32,000 nt of DNA from positions 2,760,001-2,792,000 of the forward strand of contig NC_000964.3 of NCBI RefSeq assembly GCF_000009045.1. The letters are read 5' to 3'. Origin of the DNA: Bacillus subtilis subsp. subtilis str. 168 (GTDB taxonomy: Bacteria; Bacillota; Bacilli; Bacillales; Bacillaceae). The notes beneath the pieces are model-generated. The model saw only the letters and a program-made list of their open reading frames with translations. It had not been told where the DNA came from and did not search any database. Positions within the stretch are counted from its first letter, which is position 1. Each line of letters begins with the position of its first letter. Shown one piece after another: positions 1 to 8,826 of this stretch. The position numbers and the translations under genes were made by a program.

Positions 1-76
1 CGGCTGCATCTGCCGAAAATGCCATAGTCAACAGCAGGGTGAACATGATCATGACTTGAATCAGTCTCTTTTTCAT
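1..76 (-). CDS. sacC: Levanase SacC, 5' end only (gene continues past the window start)
   Basis: The reverse strand from 76 reads ATG AAA AAG AGA CTG ATT CAA GTC ATG ATC ATG TTC ACC CTG..., giving MKKRLIQVMIMFTLLLTMAFSADAA. This is a typical Sec signal peptide. GAGGAG/AAGGAA SD-like purines lie just upstream (81-97). It matches my recollection of the SacC N-terminus and its position as the last gene of the lev operon. Confidence 0.8.
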   Translation of the reverse strand, partial: MKKRLIQVMIMFTLLLTMAFSADAA

Positions 77-232
77 TTGTTCCTTCGCTCCTCTCTTCAT
101 GTTTGAACACTTTCAAAAGAGACTGCTGCGCAAGCTGGTCCGTTTCTGGCAATTCTCCTCTGTTTCACTGTTATCCGAATGATTTATATATGAAAAGACT
201 GCTGCAGTTTCTCTCTCTTTCCTTCACACACC

Positions 233-1060
233 TTATGCTAAGAATCCAGCCCAATACCCGAGAATCCCGATGACAAAGATGCCGCAAATAATGAGAAGTG
301 GATTCACCCCTTTGCGAAGCATCCATGCCACCAATAACGTTAATCCGAGAGGCAGCGCCCCCGGCATAATGCTATCTAGCACGTTTTGTACCGTTTGAAC
401 ATCTACTTTTCCGCTTTCATCCTTAATCCTGGATACAACGATTGGAATGTTGATGGTGGTCCATTTGGACACGAGAGCCCCCATAACAAATAACCCGAGA
501 ATCGAAGCGCCCTCTGTAAGCTTTTGAATGCGATTCCCCGCTAAATCCTGAAGAATCTCCATTCCTTTCACATAGCCATACTTTAATCCGTAATATTTTG
601 TGCTTAATCTTATGGCATTCAGCAAGAAAAAGAATAGCAAAGGACCGGCAATGTTTCCTCCTAAAGCAAGGGAGGCTCCTAGCGCAGCTAAGACAGGACG
701 AATCGTTCCCCAAAAAATTGGATCGCCTACGCCCGCTATTGGTCCCATCAAACCGATTTTCATTCCGCTTATCGCTTTTCCGTCAATTCCTTTATTGTTC
801 GCCATTTCTTCTTCCATGGCTGCCGTCACGCCAAATATAGGCGCTGTCAGCCACGGATGTGTATTAAACCATTCCAAATGCCGCTGTAAGGCTTCGTTTC
901 TTTTCGCTCCGGGACCGTACAATTTTTTGATCGCCGGTATCATGACATAACAATATCCCATTGCCTGCACACGTTCGAAGTTAAAGGAACCGAGTAAAAA
1001 ATTTGAACGAATAAACATGCTGAAAATTTCTTTCTTCGTTAATCGTTTTTCTTTCTCCAT
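233..1060 (-). CDS. levG: PTS fructose/mannose-family EIID component LevG
   Basis: 275 aa ORF with a polytopic membrane profile and an EIID-Man-like N-terminus (MEKEKRLTKKEIFSMFIRSNF..FERVQAMGY). SD GAGGGGGAAG lies 5 nt upstream. It sits 20 nt downstream of the levF stop. The length matches LevG as I recall it. Confidence 0.95.
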   Translation of the reverse strand: MEKEKRLTKKEIFSMFIRSNFLLGSFNFERVQAMGYCYVMIPAIKKLYGPGAKRNEALQRHLEWFNTHPWLTAPIFGVTAAMEEEMANNKGIDGKAISGMKIGLMGPIAGVGDPIFWGTIRPVLAALGASLALGGNIAGPLLFFFLLNAIRLSTKYYGLKYGYVKGMEILQDLAGNRIQKLTEGASILGLFVMGALVSKWTTINIPIVVSRIKDESGKVDVQTVQNVLDSIMPGALPLGLTLLVAWMLRKGVNPLLIICGIFVIGILGYWAGFLA

Positions 1061-1080
1061 TTTTTCTTCCCCCTCATCGT

Positions 1081-1890
1081 TTAGGCATCAAGATCATCAT
1101 CATCGTCATCATAAACAGCAACACTGCCACTGTCTGATGCGGCCGCGACTGCTCCGTGAGCGCTTTGTTTTTGCATCACCTGCTGGTATAAAAGCGCCAG
1201 ACAGAGACCAAGGGCTCCAAATCCCACTAAGTTAAAATCGGTAAACGCCGCTAATAAGAAACCAATATAGAAAAATGGCTTTAAATAAGGAATATTCATC
1301 ATATTGATCACCATGGCATACCCGACAACCACAATAATGCCTCCGCCTATTTGCAGTCCTTTTGTAATGACATCAGGAATATTTCCCAGGAACGCCTGAA
1401 CAGCGCTGACACTAATTAAAGCAACAATCAATGTAGGAATCATGACGCGCAAAGCTTGAAACACCATCGCGGTAATATGCATAATTTCAATTCCTTTTAT
1501 ATTTCCCGCTTTTGCATATTGATCAGCGCGGTGGATGAAAAAGACAGTGATCGTCCGAACAAAAATCGTCAGCGCCTGACCCGCAGCTGCTAAAGCAACA
1601 GCGACAGCAATCCCTTCGCCAATTCCTTGATCAGCGGTAATAACTAAAATGGTTGAGATGACAGAGGCGATCGCTGTATCAGGTGCCATGGCAAGCCCGA
1701 CGTTCATCCAGCCGAGCGCCATCAGCTCCAGTGTGCCTCCAAGAATAATTCCCGTTTTTAAGTCCCCGAGCACCAAGCCAACCAACGTACAGGCCACTAG
1801 CGGCCGGTGTGTCTGCCCTTCATCCAATACACTTGCGATTCCGGTGATTGCTGCAATGATTAACAACAAAATAATTTGTAATGAAGACAT
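1081..1890 (-). CDS. levF: PTS fructose/mannose-family EIIC component LevF
   Basis: 269 aa hydrophobic ORF (MSSLQIILLLIIAAITG...) with an acidic tail, VYDDDDDDLDA. SD AGGGGATGAG is upstream. It is tightly packed between levE and levG. Confidence 0.95.
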   Translation of the reverse strand: MSSLQIILLLIIAAITGIASVLDEGQTHRPLVACTLVGLVLGDLKTGIILGGTLELMALGWMNVGLAMAPDTAIASVISTILVITADQGIGEGIAVAVALAAAGQALTIFVRTITVFFIHRADQYAKAGNIKGIEIMHITAMVFQALRVMIPTLIVALISVSAVQAFLGNIPDVITKGLQIGGGIIVVVGYAMVINMMNIPYLKPFFYIGFLLAAFTDFNLVGFGALGLCLALLYQQVMQKQSAHGAVAAASDSGSVAVYDDDDDDLDA

Positions 1891-1906
1891 ATTCTCATCC
1901 CCTTGA

Positions 1907-2398
1907 TTATTTTGTTACGTTCCGTAAAATCTGTACAAAATCCTCACTGGCATCTGAAGGCAGCTGCCTCAATTCCAGTTTCACGCCCTTGTCACTTAAT
2001 GTTTCAAATGCCTTTATATCTTGTTCTGTGACACTGACTGATTTTGTGATTTGCCTGCGATGATTTTCAAAACGCATTCCCCCGACGTTTACGGTTTTGA
2101 TCGGTACACCTGCTTCTATAAGAGATACAATATCGGACGGATTTTCAAACAAGAGCATTGCCGTTACCCCTTCGTAGCGCGGACTATGAAATGCTTTTGC
2201 CATTTTAGAAACCGAGACGGCACTCGCCTTTACATTTGAAGGCGCAACAGAAAGGATCAGCGTTTTTCTCATTTCGTCCTGAGCAATATCGTCGGAGACA
2301 ACGATGATTCGGTCGGCTGCATGGACTTTTATCCACCTTGTCAGGATTTGGCCGTGAATAAAGCGGTCATCAATTCTTGCTAACACAATGTTCATCAT
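1907..2398 (-). CDS. levE: PTS EIIB component LevE (mannose family)
   Basis: 163 aa ORF. The N-terminus MMNIVLARIDDRFIHGQ carries the EIIB-Man phospho-histidine motif (His15). Its ATGATG overlaps the levD TGA stop (ATGATGA), which indicates translational coupling. Confidence 0.95.
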   Translation of the reverse strand: MMNIVLARIDDRFIHGQILTRWIKVHAADRIIVVSDDIAQDEMRKTLILSVAPSNVKASAVSVSKMAKAFHSPRYEGVTAMLLFENPSDIVSLIEAGVPIKTVNVGGMRFENHRRQITKSVSVTEQDIKAFETLSDKGVKLELRQLPSDASEDFVQILRNVTK

Positions 2399-2835
2399 AA
2401 TTCATCCTCTCTTGTATCTTGATTGGCTGTTTTTACTTTTTCTAAATGTTCACTGCACACTTGAAAGCTTTGCTGACTCATTGCTTTTAAGTTGTTCAGC
2501 AAATCTTTGAGAGCCAGATGTTCTCTCAGGCTTAATACCTCCAGCAGAATCGGCAGGTTTACGCCGGCAGCCATATCCATTCTTTGATCCTCAGCAATAA
2601 AGGAAGCTGCCGCGTTATATGGCGTCCCTCCAAAAATATCGACTAAAAAAAGCACTTCATGTTCTTCCGGGATATCCTTGAGCGCCTGATGATATTTTTC
2701 TTGCAGCGTTTGTATTCCTTCCCCTTTGAAAAACGGCACTGCAATCAGGTTATTTTCTTCACCGAATATCATCCCTGAAGACTCTTTTAATGCTATGGGA
2801 AAATCTCCATGACCGCTGATAATAACTGAAATCAT
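2395..2835 (-). CDS. levD: PTS EIIA component LevD (mannose family)
   Basis: The track ORF is 157 aa. SD AAAGGAGCAA is 6 nt before the internal ATG at 2835, giving 146 aa that start MISVIISGHGDF (EIIA-Man phospho-His9 motif). The longer ORF start has no SD. Confidence 0.93.
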   Translation of the reverse strand: MISVIISGHGDFPIALKESSGMIFGEENNLIAVPFFKGEGIQTLQEKYHQALKDIPEEHEVLFLVDIFGGTPYNAAASFIAEDQRMDMAAGVNLPILLEVLSLREHLALKDLLNNLKAMSQQSFQVCSEHLEKVKTANQDTREDEL

Positions 2836-2874
2836 ATCTATTGCTCCTTTCCTGTTTTGTACATCCATATATAA

Positions 2875-2890
2875 TGCAAGGATCGTGCCA
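2875..2890 (-). promoter_or_regulatory. Sigma-54 (SigL) -24/-12 promoter of levDEFG-sacC
   Basis: The reverse strand reads TGGCACGATCCTTGCA, which matches the consensus TGGCAC-N5-TTGCA exactly. It lies about 40 nt upstream of the levD start and downstream of the gene for a sigma-54 enhancer-binding protein. Confidence 0.9.
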
Positions 2891-2899
2891 ACACAGTTG

Positions 2900-2914
2900 T
2901 GTTAAGCGTTTTCA
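2900..2914 (-). promoter_or_regulatory. Catabolite-responsive element (cre, CcpA site) of the lev operon
   Basis: The reverse strand reads TGAAAACGCTTAACA, which fits cre consensus TGWAANCGNTNWCA. It sits between the upstream palindrome and the -24 element, where I recall the lev cre was mapped. Confidence 0.75.
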
Positions 2915-2960
2915 TTGTTATTTCAGCCAATAGCAATTTGTTGTTGAAACACTTAAAACG

Positions 2961-3006
2961 AAAAAAATAAACCTGTATTAAAATGGTGTTCCATTTAATA
3001 CAGGTT
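2961..3006 (-). terminator. levR intrinsic terminator; the inverted repeat probably doubles as the LevR upstream activating sequence
   Basis: The reverse strand reads AACCTGTATTAAA-(loop)-TTTAATACAGGTT followed by TATTTTTTT, 19 nt after the levR stop. The centre of the palindrome (~2988) is about 120-125 bp upstream of the expected sigma-54 start site. That is where the LevR UAS palindrome was mapped, as I recall. Confidence 0.75.
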
Positions 3007-3024
3007 CATATGAAAAAACTGTTT

Positions 3025-5832
3025 TTAAAACAGCTGGCCATGCACTTCTTCAGCAAATATGGCGGCTATAAATAATTTTTCATCATCACTTATGCGAAGT
3101 CCGAGCTTTTCTTCATAAGGGGCTAATGTTCGCTCTGTCACGTACACCATTTCCTTCAGCTGATCATTGATCTCTTCTTCCTCTGAGAAAGCGATCGGAT
3201 TCTGCTTAATTACCCTTTCAAAGGCGAAAGCCGTGTGCATAATGACTTTGATCAAAACCGCATTATTGAAAATGACCCCCAGCTCATCCTGAACGGTTTG
3301 CAGCCACTCCAATAACATGTCGATCACATGGTGGGGATTCAAGAAGACAAGGTATTTTTTCAGGCTATCCTCGCAAAGCTCCCTGACAATAATATTTGCT
3401 TCGTTCAATCCATTGCTCAAGGAGATGCTTCCTTTTGTAATCGCCTGTTGAATCAGCTTCTCTCCCTCCCCTTCAATTAACACTTCTAAAGATACATGCG
3501 GAGCATTGATTTTAGGGTCTTTCGTTCCGACTGTCGCAAGGATTTCATACTCTTTTTCGATTTCTTTTATGCTGTTGGCCAGCTTAATCGATGATACGGT
3601 CAATATGTGAATGGGGGTATCGGAGGCCTTGTTTACGATCGTGGTTAGAATGTCTTCCAGCTTTTTGGCCGTTCCGCTACCCGTCGTGCAGATGGATACC
3701 AATGCCTTCTTTTTGCCGGATGCCGCTGGCTGACGCTCCCACAACTCGATAAAATCCTTCGTGACCGATTGATAGATCGCATGCAAATTTAAATTCAAAT
3801 AGTTGACCTTTCTGACAGCATCCAGCACCATTGAAGTCGTAACATTGCTGATCGTTTTAATAGAAATGCCTGTCTTTTCCTCCAGCCTGCTTTCCAGCAT
3901 TGCAAGCGACCCCATATCTACCAGCATTAAAACACCTTCACCTTCATCAACCTGTTTCATTTTTTCTGCTACGCATTCAAGAATGTCCGAAGGTGAAACA
4001 GTAAGCGGCATGTCAACTGCTGCAATCGGCGTACTCCCTAGCAGTTCTGTCGCGACTTCAACCATTGAACTCGCCGTGCTGTTTCCATGAGCTGCCACGA
4101 TAATACCGACTCTTTTGTTCTCCTTTAACGATTTGATGGAATGAATTAACATCGTTAAGTAGATGACTTCTATTTCAGGAATAGCCACTTTAAAATATTC
4201 CTGAATTTTATCTTTAAAAATCATCGCCACCCGATATTCTTTCACATGGGTATCACGAATTTCATCTGTCTCCTGTGTATTCAAAACATCAATTTGCTTT
4301 CCTCGCTTTAAAAATGCGTCAATATGCATACTCAAGAAATAAATAAACTTACGGTCAAATGTGCAATCCAGCTCATGTTCAGCTATTTCTTTTAACTGTT
4401 TTGTCATTTGAATCACATCGTCTTCAACGAATGTCAGCAGGTTGTCTTTTTGAAAAGCTTGATGATGAAAAAAACTTCTGACATGCAAATGGACATCAGT
4501 CAAGATGTACTGGTTAATATCCTTTTTGGATAAACCTTCTTTCATAAGCGTTTTCACTTTTTCCTCAATCAAATGATATAAGTTAAATGAGAGGTCTTCG
4601 TCAATTTTTGTTGTTTCATCTTCTACAATCGGAGAGATAATCGTTGTAATATTGACATATTCAGAAATGGCTTTGCTTCTTTGCATGTTTTTGCTGCTGG
4701 ACATCCATTCTTGCTTGATTTCATCAGGCAGATCGCGAACAGTCAGTTCAATAACTTCATTTCTGTCAAGGTTATGCAAAAATCCGTGTGCGCAAACTAA
4801 CTGAACATTTGATTTCAGCTGTCCGACATTCCCAAATTTCGCAGAGTGAATAAGCGCATTATAGACATCGATATGCACACTCAGATTCTTCTTAATTCGC
4901 TCTGCTTCTTTCCCTAATAAAAACGTCGTCAGATCCACTCTTTCATTAAGCGATCGTTCTTCAAGCGAAGGAATATGAATGGTCATTGGGATTCTTCGCA
5001 AAAACGTTTTCAATAGTGCAGAACTCGGATTTTCTGTAGTCGCACAAATAAACAATACGTTCGATGTTCGTTTATGTTCAGATTCTCCAAGCCTGTTATA
5101 AGAACCGCTGTCAATAAAATAAAACAGCATTTCTTGTCCCTCGGGAGGGAGACGGTGGATTTCATCCATAAAAAGAATGCCCCCATTGGCCTGTTCGACT
5201 AAACCCGCCTTATCCTCGGCAGCACCTGTAAATGAACCTTTTTTGTGTCCGAATAATTGAGAAAGCAATAATTGAGGGTTGTTGTAGTAGTCTGCACAGT
5301 TAAATGTAATAAATGGTGCGCCGGCCTTCAATATGTCAGAGTAAATGGCAAACTGGTAAATTCGGTTCGCAAAAAGGGATTTACCGGAACCAGTCGGCCC
5401 TAGGAGGAGCATATGCAGACCGTTCGGCGGATAAAAGACAGCTGCTTTTGCCTGGGAGATCGCTTTCTTCAAACTCCCTTTTGCCCCTATCATAAGCTCT
5501 AGGGGATTCGTGGAAATGTGTTGATGATTTTGCTTTGAATTTCCGGAAAACGCCTGAAGGTCTTTCACTTCCATCATCTCTGTATCCCATTTCTTGTTGA
5601 ATAATTTTTCTGCTATCTCGACTGGGATGTATCTTACAGGAAATGTTTTAATTTTGATGACCTTTTTGGACCGGACGAGATTGTTCAATTCAAAGCTGAC
5701 ATTGGACCGCTCCATTTTCAGCTGCTCGGCAATCTCCTTTGCTGAATTCCCTTGTATTTTTAAAAGATGATCTAAGGTTGAATCATGAAAATTATGCTTG
5801 AGCTGATGGTATATTTTATCTATTCTTCTCAC
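3025..5832 (-). CDS. levR: Sigma-54-dependent, PRD-containing transcriptional activator LevR
   Basis: N-terminal HTH. AAA+ sigma-54 interaction module (Walker A GPTGSGKS, GAFTGA-type loop GSFTGA). These are followed by PRD and EIIA/EIIB-like regulatory domains. The track ORF starts at ATG 5841, but that ATG overlaps the SD (AAAGGATG). The GTG at 5832 is 8 nt from AAAGGA and gives 935 aa, the length I recall for LevR. Confidence 0.93.
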   Translation of the reverse strand: MRRIDKIYHQLKHNFHDSTLDHLLKIQGNSAKEIAEQLKMERSNVSFELNNLVRSKKVIKIKTFPVRYIPVEIAEKLFNKKWDTEMMEVKDLQAFSGNSKQNHQHISTNPLELMIGAKGSLKKAISQAKAAVFYPPNGLHMLLLGPTGSGKSLFANRIYQFAIYSDILKAGAPFITFNCADYYNNPQLLLSQLFGHKKGSFTGAAEDKAGLVEQANGGILFMDEIHRLPPEGQEMLFYFIDSGSYNRLGESEHKRTSNVLFICATTENPSSALLKTFLRRIPMTIHIPSLEERSLNERVDLTTFLLGKEAERIKKNLSVHIDVYNALIHSAKFGNVGQLKSNVQLVCAHGFLHNLDRNEVIELTVRDLPDEIKQEWMSSSKNMQRSKAISEYVNITTIISPIVEDETTKIDEDLSFNLYHLIEEKVKTLMKEGLSKKDINQYILTDVHLHVRSFFHHQAFQKDNLLTFVEDDVIQMTKQLKEIAEHELDCTFDRKFIYFLSMHIDAFLKRGKQIDVLNTQETDEIRDTHVKEYRVAMIFKDKIQEYFKVAIPEIEVIYLTMLIHSIKSLKENKRVGIIVAAHGNSTASSMVEVATELLGSTPIAAVDMPLTVSPSDILECVAEKMKQVDEGEGVLMLVDMGSLAMLESRLEEKTGISIKTISNVTTSMVLDAVRKVNYLNLNLHAIYQSVTKDFIELWERQPAASGKKKALVSICTTGSGTAKKLEDILTTIVNKASDTPIHILTVSSIKLANSIKEIEKEYEILATVGTKDPKINAPHVSLEVLIEGEGEKLIQQAITKGSISLSNGLNEANIIVRELCEDSLKKYLVFLNPHHVIDMLLEWLQTVQDELGVIFNNAVLIKVIMHTAFAFERVIKQNPIAFSEEEEINDQLKEMVYVTERTLAPYEEKLGLRISDDEKLFIAAIFAEEVHGQLF

Positions 5833-6501
5833 GTCTATCATCCTTTGTCCTTATTAGATAAGCCATTAACAAGAATATTTCGAAACTTTATAGTCCGCGT
5901 TGAGATTTACACGTTTAAAAAGGTCTCTATAGCAGATTGACAAAGCTGGCTTTTATGCGTATATGTTTACATGTTGAATCATTTGCACCTCATATTAGTA
6001 TGATAGATGCTCAGTTCTGGAGGGCCAGTCCCCTTCAAAAGTAATAATCAGTAAACAGTTTATCATTCTCGGGGAATGTAATGATGTCAAAATAATCAAT
6101 GACAAAAAATGAATCTTATAGATCATGACAAATTACCCAAATATAACCCCTTAAGTTCGTTCACAACTAAAAAGACGGACACTCTATGTGACCGCCACAG
6201 TATTACAATTTGCAAAACTTCGTCATTTTTGCAATCCACATTGGAGGTTAAGGAATCTGTAAGCTTAAAAACTTTATCTCCGATCCTATCGATTTGATCC
6301 CCCTGCCGGCCTCAATCATAGTGGGTATGCAATTATACAAATCGTTACCGATTAAAACTAGCCTGTCAGATTGTCCAAATGACTTTCCTGTTTTACTCTG
6401 CTATTCAGGTAGAATCACGAGTGAAAAATAGAGCCACAAGACATGTAACAGCACTTAAAATAGTTTTAAAATTTAAAAATAAAAGTATCTATTCTTTTAA
6501 A

Positions 6502-6510
6502 TGTTATAAT
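6502..6510 (+). promoter_or_regulatory. Candidate extended -10 promoter element for aapA
   Basis: TGTTATAAT (TGnTATAAT) lies 48 nt upstream of the aapA TTG start. The -35 region is weak (AAAGTA at 17 bp). The surrounding DNA is very AT-rich. Confidence 0.4.
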
Positions 6511-6557
6511 ATCCGATAAAACTTTACTCATCTTTTTATTACTGGAGGAAAATAAAA

Positions 6558-7946
6558 TTGATAGGCAATTCTAGCAAAGACAATTTTGGCCAGCAACAGA
6601 AATTGTCTAGAGGCCTTAAAAACAGGCATATACAATTAATGGCGATTGGAGGTGCAATCGGTACAGGTTTATTTTTAGGTTCAGGTAAATCCATCCATTT
6701 TGCAGGACCATCCATTTTATTTGCTTACTTGATCACCGGCGTATTTTGCTTTTTCATTATGCGTTCGCTCGGAGAACTGCTCTTATCAAATGCGGGATAC
6801 CACTCTTTTGTTGATTTTGTAAGGGACTATTTAGGAAACATGGCAGCATTTATCACTGGGTGGACCTACTGGTTCTGTTGGATTTCCCTCGCGATGGCTG
6901 ATTTAACGGCGGTCGGCATTTATACGCAATATTGGCTTCCCGATGTGCCTCAATGGCTGCCGGGTCTTCTTGCGCTTATTATCCTGCTGATCATGAACCT
7001 TGCCACCGTTAAACTTTTCGGAGAATTAGAATTTTGGTTTGCATTGATCAAAGTCATTGCCATACTGGCTCTGATCGTAACTGGTATTCTCCTGATTGCG
7101 AAAGGTTTTTCCGCAGCTTCCGGCCCTGCCAGCCTCAACAACCTTTGGAGCCACGGCGGCATGTTCCCAAATGGATGGCATGGGTTTATCCTATCTTTCC
7201 AAATGGTCGTCTTCGCTTTCGTGGGTATTGAACTTGTTGGACTGACAGCAGGTGAAACAGAAAATCCCCAAAAAGTGATCCCTAAAGCCATCAATCAAAT
7301 TCCTGTCCGGATTTTACTTTTTTATGTTGGCGCACTTTTCGTGATTATGTGTATCTATCCTTGGAATGTGTTGAATCCAAACGAAAGCCCATTTGTTCAG
7401 GTCTTCTCTGCAGTAGGCATCGTTGTGGCTGCCAGTTTGATCAATTTTGTTGTATTAACATCAGCCGCATCAGCTGCAAATAGCGCTTTATTCAGCACAA
7501 GCCGAATGGTCTATTCACTTGCAAAGGATCATCACGCACCTGGACTATTAAAGAAATTAACTTCTTCTAACGTGCCAAGCAATGCGCTGTTCTTTTCATC
7601 CATCGCCATTCTGATTGGCGTTAGTCTGAATTATTTAATGCCCGAGCAAGTCTTCACGCTGATTACAAGTGTTTCAACAATATGCTTCATTTTTATTTGG
7701 GGCATCACGGTGATTTGCCATTTGAAATATCGAAAAACAAGGCAGCATGAAGCGAAAGCAAACAAATTTAAAATGCCTTTTTACCCATTATCCAACTATT
7801 TAACACTTGCATTTCTCGCGTTCATTCTTGTCATATTGGCACTGGCGAATGATACACGTATTGCTTTGTTTGTCACCCCGGTCTGGTTTGTTTTATTGAT
7901 TATTTTGTATAAGGTGCAAACCCGCAGAGGACATAAGGTGAAATAA
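6558..7946 (+). CDS. aapA: APC-family amino-acid permease (CycA-like D-Ser/D-Ala/Gly transporter homologue) AapA
   Basis: 462 aa ORF with about 12 predicted TM segments and the amino-acid permease signature GGAIGTGLFLGSG. It uses a TTG start 9 nt after GGAGG. Confidence 0.93.
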   Translation: MIGNSSKDNFGQQQKLSRGLKNRHIQLMAIGGAIGTGLFLGSGKSIHFAGPSILFAYLITGVFCFFIMRSLGELLLSNAGYHSFVDFVRDYLGNMAAFITGWTYWFCWISLAMADLTAVGIYTQYWLPDVPQWLPGLLALIILLIMNLATVKLFGELEFWFALIKVIAILALIVTGILLIAKGFSAASGPASLNNLWSHGGMFPNGWHGFILSFQMVVFAFVGIELVGLTAGETENPQKVIPKAINQIPVRILLFYVGALFVIMCIYPWNVLNPNESPFVQVFSAVGIVVAASLINFVVLTSAASAANSALFSTSRMVYSLAKDHHAPGLLKKLTSSNVPSNALFFSSIAILIGVSLNYLMPEQVFTLITSVSTICFIFIWGITVICHLKYRKTRQHEAKANKFKMPFYPLSNYLTLAFLAFILVILALANDTRIALFVTPVWFVLLIILYKVQTRRGHKVK

Positions 7947-7984
7947 AAAAAAGACAAGGGATACTCACTCCCTTGTCTTTTTAT
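7945..7984. terminator. Bidirectional intrinsic terminator between convergent aapA and yrhP
   Basis: AAGACAAGGGA-tactcac-TCCCTTGTCTT, flanked by an A-run (7945-7952) and a T-run (7978-7982). Confidence 0.85.
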
Positions 7985-8041
7985 ATGTGTCAAACACTAA
8001 ATTAAACTTTGGTTTCAAATTTCATTCACTTCATTTAAGTG

Positions 8042-8674
8042 TTAACTCAAACCAGTTTTGATGCCGAAACCTACTAATATTATTCCGGTAATTTTTTGAA
8101 ACACTTTCTGGAACTTCGAGTTTTTCATCCATTTTTTTGCGTAATCAATAATATAAACAAGAAACAGGAACCACAACACCGCTAATAAGGTTAGGATTGA
8201 AGCTAAAATGATGAGCTGCTGGTTTATATTTCCGTTCAAATTGATAAATTGGGGCATGATTGTAACATACACCAAAACAGTTTTAGGATTGAGAATGTTA
8301 CTGAGTGATCCCTGCATAAAGGAAGTTTTATAATAACGTTTCGGAGAACTTGCCATATTTTTTGCTTGGGATTGCATGTCATCTAACGAAAACATACTTT
8401 TAGCAAAAAAACTTTTTACACCTAAATAAATTAAGTATGCCGCTCCCAAATATTTGATCGTTGTGAAAAGAATCACTGACTTTGCGATTACCACTGATAA
8501 TCCTAAAATGGCAATCACCGTCCAAAAGGAAAGTCCTGTCGCCAATCCGAGAATGTTATAACGGCCGGCTTTCGGACCATACCTAAGCGTATTTTTCATC
8601 ACAAGCATCGTATCTGCCCCCGGTATGATAACCATCATGGCAGCGATCGGTATGTATGCGAGTAAGCTGTGCAT
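8042..8674 (-). CDS. yrhP: LysE/RhtB-family amino-acid efflux protein YrhP
   Basis: Hydrophobic protein with 5-6 TM segments. SD AAAGGGGGAGAG is 6 nt before the ATG at 8674, giving 210 aa (MHSLLAYIPIAAMMVIIPGADTML, a LysE-type N-terminus). The 10-codon extension in the track ORF lacks an SD. Confidence 0.88.
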   Translation of the reverse strand: MHSLLAYIPIAAMMVIIPGADTMLVMKNTLRYGPKAGRYNILGLATGLSFWTVIAILGLSVVIAKSVILFTTIKYLGAAYLIYLGVKSFFAKSMFSLDDMQSQAKNMASSPKRYYKTSFMQGSLSNILNPKTVLVYVTIMPQFINLNGNINQQLIILASILTLLAVLWFLFLVYIIDYAKKWMKNSKFQKVFQKITGIILVGFGIKTGLS

Positions 8675-8826
8675 TGTTCTCTCCCCCTTTAAAAATCCCC
8701 TCAATCATATAGTGACTACAAAAGTAACTACTTATAAAAGTGTATCAATGCGTTTGGAATAAATCAATATGATTTGTTAAAATAGCGATTACTAAGGCAG
8801 CGATTGCTCTTTATATTGGAGGATAT

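Noticed and set aside
77-232. Direct repeat AAAAGA(GA)CTGCTGC at 115-129 and 193-205 in the levG-sacC spacer
   Set aside because: The repeat is only 13-15 nt and imperfect. Neither copy forms a convincing hairpin with neighbouring sequence, and no consensus site is recognisable. It is most likely chance or a remnant. sacC is known to be co-transcribed with levDEFG.
423-950. Track ORFs 423-713 (-), 598-840 (+) and 600-950 (+) overlapping levG
   Set aside because: These are shadow frames inside a well-supported membrane-protein gene. They have no SD, and their products are low-complexity or Pro/Ser/Arg-rich. The same reasoning applies to the other internal or antisense ORFs within levF, levR, aapA, oatA, cypB, yrhE, mccB, mccA, mtnN, yrrS, pbpI and greA.
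6109-6297. 62 aa plus-strand ORF in the levR-aapA gap
   Set aside because: No SD lies within 15 nt of the ATG (the upstream sequence is AATGACAAAAA). The codon content is AT-rich and looks random, and no downstream terminator is present.
6300-6557. Possible T-box, riboswitch or CodY box in the aapA upstream region
   Set aside because: I looked for the T-box core (AATTAGGGTGGTACCGCG-like), a terminator/antiterminator pair and the CodY motif AATTTTCWGAAAATT. I found only AT-rich symmetry (TTTTAAA-A-TTTAAAA at 6463-6477) with too many mismatches, and no leader terminator.
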